NCBI GenBank assembly: GCA_043228905.1
Contig: JBHGNT010000013.1
Coordinates: 12,338,001-12,402,000, forward strand
Direction: 5' to 3'
From: Azolla caroliniana
Lineage: Eukaryota; Plantae; Polypodiophyta
Length of the DNA: 64,000 bases
The notes below the pieces were generated by a model that was given only the letters and a program-made list of their open reading frames with translations, had not been told where the DNA came from and did not search any database. A program made the position numbers and the translations under genes. Of the stretch, positions 37,736 through 50,248 are shown one piece after another. Every line of letters begins with the position of its first letter. The stretch's first letter is position 1.

Positions 37736-40700
37736 AGACCAAAACATGCACATGAGTTTGAACGTCATACTATATGTGATGGTCCACCTTTGATCATATT
37801 TGACTTTGGTTTCCCACATTATCAACCATAAACCATTCATCTACACATTTTCTCTTCCAATCGTGATGCACTCCTTAATTACAAAACTCGTTACAACAAC
37901 TCTTCGTTAAGAATCACTTATGAACTTATGACATGTTGGCTCCAAAATCTCTCTCTCTCTCTCCCTCCCTCTCTCTCTCTACACACACACACAGACACAC
38001 ACACACCATGTTTGTGTGTGGGAGAAAGCCTAAGAGACAATTATATATGAAATCAATAAACTCTATTAAGCAAAAATGAGTAAAGATTAAAATAACAAGG
38101 AATATACTATAATCAACATTTGATATAAGCAAAAATGGGTGAAAATTAGAATAACAATGAATATACTATTATCTATATAATCCACATTTGATATGAGAGG
38201 AGGGGCTAAGACATACATGTAAGTACACATAGAAGTTAGGATCAATCTAGAGGGTGATAGGATATTTAGCTTTATTCAATGCAAAGCCCTCTCATCTTAC
38301 AAGGTTGGACATTTTTTTCCTTAGGGGTGCCCAAATGGATCCCTTGTTGAGATATCGAACAAAAGGACCCCTTACAAGGGAGTATGGTTAAGCTTGACAT
38401 CTCAAAAAAATATGCATGCGAGGATCATTAGATAATTATTGAACATGTTTGGAGGATTTCTTAATGTACAATAAAGTTTGTTTACTTGGACTAGTAGTCA
38501 TATTGAATTGTCTGTCTCAATGACATGATCACATTACATAAAATCTAGCTAGATCATACAACATAACTTAGGAAATAAATATGACTTTATGGTAATGACA
38601 TCTGATATATTTATCTATTGTGTCCATTTCATAAATTTGTGGCTCCATGAACACATACATGAAAATAATCATTCTCTTGGGGATGGCTTAAAAATCTTTG
38701 ACCATCATTTATGCTTACATGAAATGCTACATAATCTCTTGTCCCCATGAAACCTATAGAAACATGATAATGTTTGTGAAACATAATAATGATATGTAAC
38801 ATAACTCAAAAAGTATTTAAGATTAATATTAAGTTGAATTTTTTTTGGGCCAACATCTTATGTGTTCAACTGTATTTTCCAAAGCTTATGACATATCATC
38901 TTATGGTTATCTCAGCATGAAAGTGCCATAAATGAAAAAAAGTGTATCTTGAGCAAAATTATTCTAAAAGTTAGCACTAGAAGAATCACTAGAAATACCC
39001 TAGAGATGTATTGTTATGATTGCACGATAAATATGGGGTAAAATTTTAAGAGCAAGAAAGATAGTAGATGGTCAAAGTTTGGACTAGATGAACTCCAAAC
39101 CTAGAAGAGAAACTAATGTATATTTTCAGAGCGGTTTGATATAAAAGTTGGTCACTTATAAGAATGCGAACGATGTACTAGAAGGTATGGTTGTTCACAA
39201 TGTTGTCATTGTAGGGGCAAAGAAGATAATTCAACGACAAGGCTTATCGTGATGCTCAATACTATGGGAGTTCCAATGCTAACATTAGCAAAGAATGGTG
39301 AAAAAGGTACGTTTAGAGATCTGCATAGTTAGTGAGGGTAAGTACAAAACAATTACCCAATTTACCTACCTACAATGGCAAGAATCTATGTTGACAAAAG
39401 CTATTGTAAAAATTGCTAATAGTAGAATTCAATGTACTTATGGCAAAGTAATATGTTTATGTTGCGAAAATGATGATAATGAATAAGAGAGAGAGTCAGG
39501 GATGCTAAAGAGAGTTGCCTTCCAAGATTCAACTAATAGCATACAACAACATGGAAGATCTATTTCATTTTCTCTTTATTTATTTGTACGAAACCGCAAT
39601 GTGCCTTAATAGAAAATAGAGTTGCTGGTGATGCGCCATTTATTTAACTCGTCAAGTAGTTCGAATCGCGCGCTGATACAAAAACATGGGTACTAGCTTC
39701 TCTTATAATGATTATTGGTAAGTCAATCGAATGTACACATTGGTCCAAAATTAACTTTACCAACTTGTGAATATTATAAATGAGAAGGTTCCACACTAAA
39801 TACAAGAAACATAATTGGCATTCATAAAGGCTGAGACTGTAATTTGCATTCATAAAGAGGAGACAACCAAATGTGAGCATTGAGATGCACTAAAGAATGT
39901 GACTAGCTTGGATGTTGAAGGCCAACACCACATGTGACCTACACTTTCACCTCCCAAAGGGTAAGAGACAGATAAACTTTTAAAAAATCGGCAATGGCAT
40001 TTATTTCTCTTGCCAATCTCTTAAAAGTAAATCAAGTTTTGGTTGTATTAATTAAATTGATAAAAAAAGTATTGATAAGAAAAATAATCATCTCAATGCA
40101 TTGGGTTGACGAGTTTTGAAGCTTCGTAGTGCAAATGTCTATGGAGTTTTATGAAAGATTGGCCAAAGATGACCAAGGGATGTTCGAGATCTATAATATT
40201 TGACTTTGAAGTGTTCATCTCCTTCGAAGCAAATAGTTGTTGACGACGTGCTTTAGATTGCAAAAGACGAATCTTCTGTACAAGGGTTGTGTGGCCTTTC
40301 AAAAAGAAACATTCTAGGAGAATACTAATTTCTAGGCAACTCTCGTCTCCTCTTTTGGGGTCTTAGACCTCTAGAAAAACATTCCTTTGGTGGATGACTT
40401 GATGGGTTGAGAAAACACATTTTTTAAGCTTTTTGCATTAAGGGCAACTCCCCCACACATGACATAAGAGACAAAGTTCATGGTTAAGCAAATGCACTAT
40501 GGAACTTGGGTCTCAAAAGAGAAGATTGATAGATAGTGTCGAACCTCATGATATGAGAGGTAGATCAATGTAATAGGACTGTCATAAGGAAATTCATTCT
40601 AAACATTACAAAGTGCCTGTCCGAGCCACGTGCCACAAAGAAAGGGTGCTTTGTGACAATAATGTTAAACATATCCAAGCAATGATCTATTTATTACTTT

Positions 40701-41922
40701 AATCTATTTGAGCCCAAGGGTGGAGATCCAAGACAGAAAGCAATCACTTTAATTGATCTTTCGGGATCGGATTGAGAATAAAAGTTTCTTTAAAATTAAC
40801 AATAGAAAAGAACAAGTAGCTTACAAATTCCAAGAGAAAATTCATTCTATTTCTTAAAAGCAACAAAATATTCATTATTCCGGCCAAAGTAATCCACTGG
40901 GGTTCAGCGGTTCTGTTCTTAGGAAGATTTCCGTGAGCATCGAGCCCCACAAAGGAATGAAAAGATGTGCCCCAAGATTCAATGTTCAAACATTAGTGAG
41001 AACATTCAATGCCGTAAGACATGGTGGCCCAAAAGTGAAAAGAGCTTAGAATTTAGAAATGGCAATGCATATATTTACAAGCATTGGGAATTATTATGGA
41101 TAATCCAGGGTGAGGATGCTTTTGTGACCAAAAAGCCAAGCACTCTCATTATTCAATATTGAATCATCATATACATCCATCAACGCTTTATACATTTTCA
41201 AATTTACTAGCGTTGTCTATAGATTCTTTGCATATAATTGCTTGAGAGTAGCTTACAAATCGGAAGTAGGTGTAAAAGTGAGATGCAACTCATCCCAATC
41301 GCATTTGTCACATGAGACACCTTGCTCCGACTCGGGGACCTCATAAAAAGAAAAGCATGCAAGGTTACATCACAAAACAATCTCAATTTCATAAGAAAGG
41401 CCATCACCTTTTATCGTTGATCCGACTTTACAAACACTTTTGGAGAGCAAGATCGTAAAATATCAGGAGAGAAAAGAGAGTGATGATGATGATGGGGACT
41501 TCAATGCGCTCTCTAAAAAGGCCAGGAATGTGAAAATTCATTCTGAGACAGCCTGAGAGAGATGAGGTGATGAAAAATAGGTGACCAAATTTAATATCTT
41601 GTGAATCTCGGACCTTGAAGGAAATGGAGATATGTAAATGGAGTAGAGGTTAAAAGTGCAAAAGCATGAATGGGATAGCATACTAAGGGTTGTGAAATGG
41701 AGGGGGGGGGGGGGGGGGAAGAACACCGGAACAAGAGATGTGAAAACCTTGATACCCAAAAGCTGGGCGAAGATATGGTGGGTGGGTTGAGAACAAGCAT
41801 GAAACCCGAAGAGGTTCGAGGGAGAAAACATGTGGGTGGGGATCGGTAATCCGACACTTTTCCACAATGCTTGTATGGGGGATGGGATGGGCGGACAAAA
41901 ACCATGAAAAAAAACCATATGT

Positions 41923-44380
41923 TTAGAACGATTTGGACGGCGTGCCATTGGTAGCCGTCAGTTTGATATTGGCTCTTGCCGATGCCATCGTGACTGATGT
42001 CCGGGGCGTGAACCGCTTGTCCTTAACAGTACCATCGTTCCCCGCCAACACCATGTACTTGTCCTTACGCGTGAGCTCAGTGCAACAAAACCCTAACGCA
42101 TCCGCGAGCTGCTTCTGCACGGCCCGGGCGACCTCCACGCTCGTCTTCCCGCCCCCGCCCACCGTCTCCTCCTTGGTGAGCCTCTCCAAGAACAGGATCT
42201 CACATTCGGGCTTCGGGTTCATGAGGTAGAAGAAAGAGTCGAGGGCCTTGTAGCCCCTCGCGCTTGTACCGTGGAACATACCCACCTTCAGCTTCATCCC
42301 AACCGGGACAATATGCTCCGTGAGCTCGGCAAACAAGGGGCTGAACCTCAAGAGGTACGGCTCCCGGCAGGTTGTACCCTCCGGGCAGACAAACAGATCC
42401 TCTTCTTTCTCGAGGAGCTTCGCGATGAGGCGGCGGTCTTCTTCCCGATCCCTGGTCAGAGATGCCGTCTTGATGGGAGACATGAGCTCCGAGACCCAGC
42501 TAACGGAGTACGCAAGGGCCCGGACCTTCCTTCGCAGTCCCACACACATATAAGTAGGGTCGAGGAGTGTCCTGTGCGTGCTAACGAAGAGGATCCCTTG
42601 CTTGTTTCCTGCGGGAAGGGGCAATGGCGGAGCTCCTTTCACTCTGATGCACATGCCCAGCAGTGCCGCCAATGGCATCCCTACCTCTAATGGGAGACAA
42701 AGAACCATGAGGATTCTTATGAAGGCGAGCATCAATCCGAAGGGTGCCCATAGGAACACTGCGAGCGCGGTTAATGGTGTCGGCCTCTTCGCTAACCTTC
42801 CATCGTGGAATGTTAATGGCTTCCAATACTGTTCTCGGGGTACTGTGTCTACTGCTGCTGAACTTCCATCTGCATTTACTATATATGCTTCCTGCAGAGA
42901 TTTATCACAACAAATGAAAATTTACCGCAAAGATGGTCGATTAGCTTGGAAATCGTAAGTTCTCTGCATGAAAATGGAAAGCATCTCTGAAGAATTCAAC
43001 AGATAACATGAACTCTGAAGAATTCAACAGATAACATGAACTCGGAAGAATCCAACAGATAACATGAACTCTGAAGAATCCAACAGATAACAGGAACTCT
43101 GAAGAATTCAACAGATAACAGGAACTCTGAAGAATCTGATGGCTTTACAAAAAGGATTTGCCTTCATCTCGCAAGTATGGAGGAATTTAAGGAACATATA
43201 ATCATTCTCGGAAATACAGCTGCTGGGCGGTTATGGTTTAAACTATAAATTTGAGGGTCATACAATTACGCGCAGGCTAAATAAAGAATGGCTATGGCAT
43301 TCCTACTGTGTTCCTCTTGCAAGTATGAAGAAAAAGAGATAATCATTCTCGGAAACACAGAAGCTGCGTGGTTATGGTTTACTCTGAGTTTCACCTCTTA
43401 TCCGTCACACGCAATTGTTAAGGACGGCCAAATAAAGAATGGCTATGGCATCCTACACACAGAACAGTACTTCGAGCAACGTGGCTATGACGAATATAAA
43501 TACAGATCATTCTTCCCTCTGCTTCAATATGTATTAGCTATGGAGAATTAAAGATAAGACAGATATACAGTTTTTACTCTGTCGTATGCAGCCTAAGCTC
43601 AAGGATGGCCTTTTCTCTTTAGCTATGGTGAATCAAACAAAGGAAAGAACAGTTTTGCGTATGAGTTACCTTACTGAAAGACATGAAAGGATAGTCGGAT
43701 TCTCTCCCTCCCAGAGCAATGTCCGGTTTTTCATCGCCAAAAAGCTTCTTCACAGCTTTCAACTTCCTCTTCCCCATCAGAACACCTGTCTCTCGCGCAA
43801 CAAGACCTGAGCAGAAACCATAGCCAGTAACATGAAGCTCAGTCCCTAAAACATCGTCCACACCAAGATGTTCTCTGAGGAAATACTCCACCATAACTCG
43901 AGGATACGAAGTGACCACGTATCTCTTGCTGCAAGACATGAAGACTTCGAAGGTCTGGCTATGGAGATCTTCGAGGAAGAACTTTGGTAAGACGGCTTTA
44001 GAGACACCTTGGACTTGGGAGAAGGAAAGGCCAGCAGTGGAGATGAAGACGAAGATCTGAAGAGAGAGAGAAGGGTCGCAGAGAGAGAGTAGAAAGAGGA
44101 GAGGATAGAGAGCAAGAAGCAAGAAGGCTCGCAGGGGGCTTCCTGCTTCAAGAGAGAGAAGCAAGAAGTAAGGGAAAGGGCTGGAAGACCTCAGAAGGGT
44201 TGAATTGAGGCTCGTTATGATCTTCTGCGTAGATCGACCGAAGGTCGAGCAAGAATCAATGGAAGGAAAAGGACGAAATTCGGCCTTCTGTGGCTTCTTC
44301 GTTGTCTTCGTGTGCTTTCTGAGTGTAGGTTTGATTTTACCAGGGGATCTGTTACAGTCGCAGTCGAAGGTGGCTGCCAT
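41923..44380 (-). CDS. GPAT: sn-2 glycerol-3-phosphate acyltransferase (land-plant GPAT1-8 family); exons 44380-43670 and 42891-41923 (559 aa)
   Basis: TLLRSSSPFPYF, KAVLPKFFLED, VLGTEL, FHDGRL, HRTLLDP, CPEGTTCREPYLLRFS, LTRKDKY. Phase-0 intron AAG|GTAACT...GCAG|GAA. Confidence 0.95.
42985..43135. repeat. About 5.4 copies of a 28-bp minisatellite in the GPAT intron
   Basis: Unit CTCTGAAGAATTCAACAGATAACATGAA. Confidence 0.92.
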
Positions 44381-44614
44381 AGCCAGAGCTTGGAGAGGAT
44401 CAGCCTGTCCTGTGACTGTTTGGTTTTGCAGAGCTAAAGAAGAAGAAGATCGGATAAAGGGGGTGCAAGGTAAGGGTGCTCTGATTGTTATATGAAGAGC
44501 GTAAAGGATTTGATTCGAAATTCTGTGTGGAGAGCTTCAAGAAGGTGCCATAGCCATAGCCAGGGAGGGAAGGGGATGCAGGGAGAGACACAGAGATTTA
44601 TGTTATGTATCTCC

Positions 44615-44686
44615 AAGAAGAAGAAGAAGAAGAAGAAGAAGAAGAAGAAATAGTAATGGTGATGGTGATGGTGATGGTGATGGTGA
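44615..44686. repeat. (GAA)n and (GATGGT)n microsatellites upstream of GPAT
   Basis: Directly visible. Confidence 0.9.
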
Positions 44687-46989
44687 GGATTGGTTGGATT
44701 CGAACCCAAGACCTATTTGCTAATAGTTTGCCATATTTTACTGATTTGTCCAGATGTCCCCCCATCCTTTGGCCGGCCGGGCCCCGCACCCGCCCATCAC
44801 GCTTTTGATCGACCACTTTTCGGCCTCTAACCACAACAGATACGACCTTGGCCGTTTGGCAGTGCAGATCCGATCGCGAAAACAACTCTGTTCGATACAT
44901 CATACATGTTAAGTTAGGTTTTGGGTCAGCGAGGTGGCTGGCTTCTTTTGATCCGATACTGCATGCACCTCCCCGAATCAAATGCAATGGTCGCCTACCT
45001 GCCCGCTCCACTTGTCCTTCTTAGGATCGAATCTCCCCGCACTCCTCCTCCCGCTCGACATGTGTTTACGTTTACTCCTCGCCATTGATTTTTCTCGTAT
45101 TGATTTTTGTTATCTCGACTTTCTGGAGTGCCACCACCATGTGCGAAAAAGGTTTGTGCTTGACGGCACTCCGCTGTATCGTATGGTTCAGTTATGTGAG
45201 AGGGACCACGGTAGGTGACGAGTTTGAATCAAATATACAGTGAAAATCTTCTTTGATGTATACACTCTTGCTTGCCAGTGTAAGGTTGTTTCCATACTAA
45301 ATGACATAGGAAAAAAAAACAATCGATGATGACCTATTTGAAGAATTTGTGGCCGAACTCAAGTTTAACCTAAATCTTATCATTGGGTAGCTCCGTAACT
45401 ACTCTACCTTTGTATCAATGCCCTATTATTTGAGCAAGCCAATAAATTTGAATGAATTTCTCTTGCAAAAACTACCTACTGACCTAAAGCTATCTATGAC
45501 TCATTTCACGTGTTTTGCTAGCTTTGGGAGAAACTATACATTGTTTTATTTTTGAAGGCATTAACTACACTATTATTGTCACTATGTAGAGGTAGGTAGT
45601 TGATGATAGTGAATTAAATATAAAATAAATGTACTTAATACTTTTTGTTGGATGTGTTAGGACCCACATTGACAAAGTAATGTGCAAACTAAAGTTGCTT
45701 TCATGCTTTACAAATATAAGAAACTATCACCATGGAAGCTCACAACCTTTCTTTACTGTTGTCTTATTGATATCCCTCTATAATTTCAATAACCAACTGA
45801 ATTCTCTACGTATTTTGGAATGCTAGATTAAGATATTGTAGTCATTGGACCCTTCAACCCATCTCTCGTGATAGATGTACGTACATTGGTGTATCAATCT
45901 ATTTGTTGACTTTCTAAATATGATTTTGAAAGTTCAAAGCATTCATACGTATCACTATTGTTATCATCAATTGGGGCTGCTCACTAGAATAAATCAAATT
46001 ATATAACAATCGATGGAGTTTTCGTTAAAGGTTTACATGCAATAATGATATATTCTTTTTCTCGCTATAATAATGGGAACACAATCACCATGGGATCACA
46101 TTGCCTTTCTTTGGACTCGATGTTGGATAGATTTCTTATATTCCTTTTGTAATTAGGGAGAACTATTGATCTCTCGTTACATTCCTCTTACTCGTTATGA
46201 AATTTGGATAATGGTTTTCCTCATTTATTCAAGAGATCATATAAATTCAAAGACCTATTTGGGGTAAAAGGTTATTTCCCTCATTTGATTTCAAATTAGC
46301 AAGGTTTTCTCTTGTCACAATGCAGAAAGAGGGAAATGGAGGTCACAAATCAAAAGTTAGGGGTACGAGAAGGTGATGGGTGGTATGTGGGTTGTTGATG
46401 GTGGGTTGTGGGTAGCAACAATATTGGAAGGGTTGTCAATTATTGACGAAGGATCTTGTTGATGCGAGGCAAGGGCAATTGGTGGTTACGGCCACCTACA
46501 AGCGAGGAGTGGTATGAACTTTTGGGAAATATAAATATTGTAAAGGATAGAGAGAGATTATATAATCTTGACAAGTCCCCGATTGTAAGGTGACAACATG
46601 CATTGCATGTCTAATTGTATTAAGGATGTTTTCCCCCAACATTGATCTTAAGGAAGTCAACATGTGTTATTGGATGTACTCATGGCCTTTGTATCTTGCT
46701 CTATTGTTGATTCTTGCTCCCGACTCTTTCATTTTGTCACTCATTATATCCAAAGCTATATAGAAGGACATTAATAGTTGAGGGCCGAATACGACTTTAA
46801 TAAAATATGAGTGGGGGGCAAGTAATAGAACCATGACCTTGCTCCATCATCCACATGTATAAAACAAATAGCTAAATAAATTTACACAAAGTGTGGGAAA
46901 GAATAATCTAGATAATAAAAGGAGAGCACATCCTACGTGGCAATATGGTTCTCTCATGATGCACATCTTGCGTGACACCCAGATCCTGC

Positions 46990-47310
46990 TTTCAAGTGGA
47001 TCAATCAAGGAGAGAGCACCAAATATTTGGGTTTCCAAATTGGGTTCAACATACCTCCGGAAACTATGATTACACTAGTTATTCACTCCATACAACAAAA
47101 GTTAATACATTGGAGTTCAAAAAAACTCTCGCTAGCGGGGCGCATCATAGTGGCAAACCAAGTATTACTCGCGACAACATGGTACAACCTATCATGCTGG
47201 ACAATCTCCAAGGAAAGTATACACCAGATTTAGCGACTGGTATGTAATTACATTTGGTATGGTAAGGAAGATCATGCAACTCAGGCCAAGGTGGCGTGGC
47301 CTATACTCAC
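46990..47310 (+). mobile_element. L1-clade LINE ORF2 fragment
   Basis: YLGFQIG...HWSSKKLSLAGRIIVANQVLLATTWY...AKVAW, cut at its right end by a Copia LTR. Confidence 0.8.
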
Positions 47311-47621
47311 TCTTAAGAGATCAAGCTCAACTTAGTTTAATTAGTTGGTCAACAATGTAACTTCATAGTTACCTAGATAGAATCTAATTAGAAGTGTTGA
47401 CTATAACGCCTTAAATAGGACCTTGTACTTAAGTGGGATATTCTAGATCCTCCACTCCCAAGTACATTTAATATAGGACTTACGCCTTTGTAGCTATATT
47501 ATCCTCACACATGTGCACCCTTGCACACGAGATCTATATATACCTCATTGTAGGTATTTTTGTATTTGATGATGATAATGCTAATTTAATATAGTTACTC
47601 ATCCCCCATCTTGTGTTATTC

Positions 47622-47664
<43 letters not shown>

Positions 47665-50248
47665 TTTCACACACATACACACACATATCACTTAATCTTC
47701 CGCTTATCAACTAATCACATAATTAGGTACTAATTAACCCTTGCTTAATTACTTACCTAATTCTTAACATGGTATCAGAGTGTGTGGTTTAGAAAATCCA
47801 CTAAGCCCACCCGACTCCGTGATTGTGTGTTCGAGACATCGATGACAAAATCCGGCTATCGGCTACCATAGTGCTGCTACATAGCACGTGTATGTGATCG
47901 AAGGAAGAAAAGCAAAAGAAGAGAATACACCAATCAACATGAACACACAAATGGGTAGCTCGCTCCCTAGTGAAAAGCTAGACCGGAGCAATTATTCATC
48001 TTGGGAGTACAAGATGACCCAATACCTCGTCGGCCAAGGGTATTGGAGCTACATTAACGACACACTAAAAAACAAGCCCGACATCACAAACGCCGACTAC
48101 CCAACGTGGGAGAAAGGAGCGAGTCGGGTAATGTATTGCTTGGCAACATGTGTCAACGACCACATGCTTAGCCACATTCGAGACGCCAGGACGCCTAAAG
48201 AAGCGTGGGCGAACTTAAAGAAAATGTTCGCCGCCAACACAACCGCCCGAAAGCTTCAATTCCCACAAGAGTTGAATAACATTCGACAAAATGACATGTC
48301 CATGTCGGACTACACCGCCAATATCAAGAGCATTTGCGACTCACTTGGCTCCATCCACATAAACGTTGACGAAGGCGAGATGGTTCAAGTATGCTTGGGC
48401 GGCCTCACACAATGATTCGATCCATTACAGACGACAATCTTGGTGAGAGAAAACCCTCCTTCATTCTTCGACCTCCAATCAATGCTATTGGTCGAAGAGA
48501 ACCACGTCCGAACCAAAAGAAAGACGCTGGAAGGACAAATGTTCTTCTCGAATTCGGATGGTGGCCGAGGAGGAGGTCACGGCGGTAGAAGAGGCCAATT
48601 TGGCCCATCACACGAAGGGAACTCAAACCTTTGTGGAAGCCATCGAGGAACCTTCGGAAGAAGGGGGAGCTTCCACGTTGAACATGGTCAGCAAACGAGG
48701 CCCGCAACTTGCAATTATTGAGGCAAAATCGGCCACTATGAGGCGGAGTGTCGAAAAAAGAGAAATGAGTCGGCTTCAACAAGTCGACAACTCACAAACT
48801 ACACATTGAACTCCGACTACGAAAATCGTAGCAGAATGTTCACGAATCACGCATTGAATTCCGACTACGACAATCGTAGTGAAATGTTTACAAATTACGC
48901 CACGAATTCCGACTACGGCGACCAAGGGGGAATGTTCGTAATGAGGCATAGAGTGAACTCTATGACGGCCTCCAACTCCGCAAGCACCTCCAACTCGGAA
49001 GACGTGTGGTTCATCGATTTCGGTGCCTCACATCACATGACATCTCATGAATAGTGGTTTCGTGATTTACGAACGCCGGATTGACCCGACTTCATAGAGA
49101 CGGGAGACGACACCACACATCCCATTCGGCACATCGGCAATGTTCCATTTGGCAACGATGGCAAGAACATTTGCATCAAGAATGTCTTGCATGTGCCCAC
49201 GATAACGAAGAATTTGGTCTCGATAGGCCAAATCGTGGAGCAAGGAATGGAAGTTCGCTTCAACAAAGAAGGATGCTTCATCGAGAAAGATGGCCGACTC
49301 ATAGCGAAGGGGTAGAGAGACGACCGAATGTTCATCCTCGATTCGAACGAGGTGAAATTGGCCATGTACGCTAAAGGTCTCAAAACCGAGACAAGCATCG
49401 AGTTGTGGCCCAAGAGAATCAGCCACATAAACCTCCAACAGCTTCGAGCGATGCAAACGAAGGGAGTCTTCATCGGACTTCCGACATTCGAGTCGAAACG
49501 AGTCGACCGAGTATGCGAAGCGTGTCAACTCGGAAAACAACATCGACTCCCATTCCCGAAGGAGAGCCACGTGAGCAAAGGCCTCCTCGACATCGTACAC
49601 TCGGATGTATGGGGACCAGCTCAAACGCCAACAATCGGCGGATGCCGATACTACGTAACCTTCATTGATGACTACTTGCGCTACGTGTGGATCTACCCGA
49701 TGAAGAAGAAAAGCGAAGTGCTCTCCCACTTCCAAAAGCTCAAGGGGCAAGTCGAAAAAGAAACCGGTCGGCACATTCGATGCCTATGATCGGATGGGGG
49801 CAAGGAGTACTTCTCTAATGAATTCACCTCCTACCTCCAAAGTGAAGGCATTCGAAGAGAAATCTCGTGCTGACACACACCCCAACAAAATGGAGTAGCC
49901 AAAAGGAAAAATCAGCAAATACTCAAGGTAGCACGCGCCATGATGCATGAGAAGCACATGCCGAATTTCTATTGGGCCGACATGGCATCCACGGCCGTCT
50001 ATCTCATGAATCGATGCACCACTGATGGAGTGCATGAGCGTACTCCATACGAGCTCCTCGTCGGAAGGAAGTCGATCTTGTCGCACCTCAAGGTGTTTGG
50101 AAGCATTGCGAATGTACGCATCCCGAACGAACAATGACAGAAGCCCGACGTGAAGTCGGAGGAATGTATCCTCATAGGATACTCGTCCGAGAAGAAGGCA
50201 TACAAGTGCTACAACCCTTCTACCCGAGTGGTTCGGGTAAGTCGAGAC
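47311..50248 (+). mobile_element. Decayed Ty1/Copia: 5' LTR (about 47311-47769), Met-i PBS (47770-47780), gag-PR-integrase
   Basis: ...TTAACA followed by TGGTATCAGAG; KLDRSNYSSW, WFIDFGASHHM, CEACQLGKQHR, VHSDVWGP, FIDD, SRDV. Many stops. The LTR start is inferred. Confidence 0.9.
48794..48937 (+). repeat. Three copies of an in-frame 48-bp (16-aa) repeat in the Copia gag-PR linker
   Basis: TNYTLNSDYENRSRMF / TNHALNSDYDNRSEMF / TNYATNSDYGDQGGMF. Confidence 0.85.

Noticed and set aside
42985-43135. CRISPR-like array of 28-bp repeats
   Set aside because: The units are directly adjacent with no spacers and lie in a eukaryotic intron, so this is a minisatellite.
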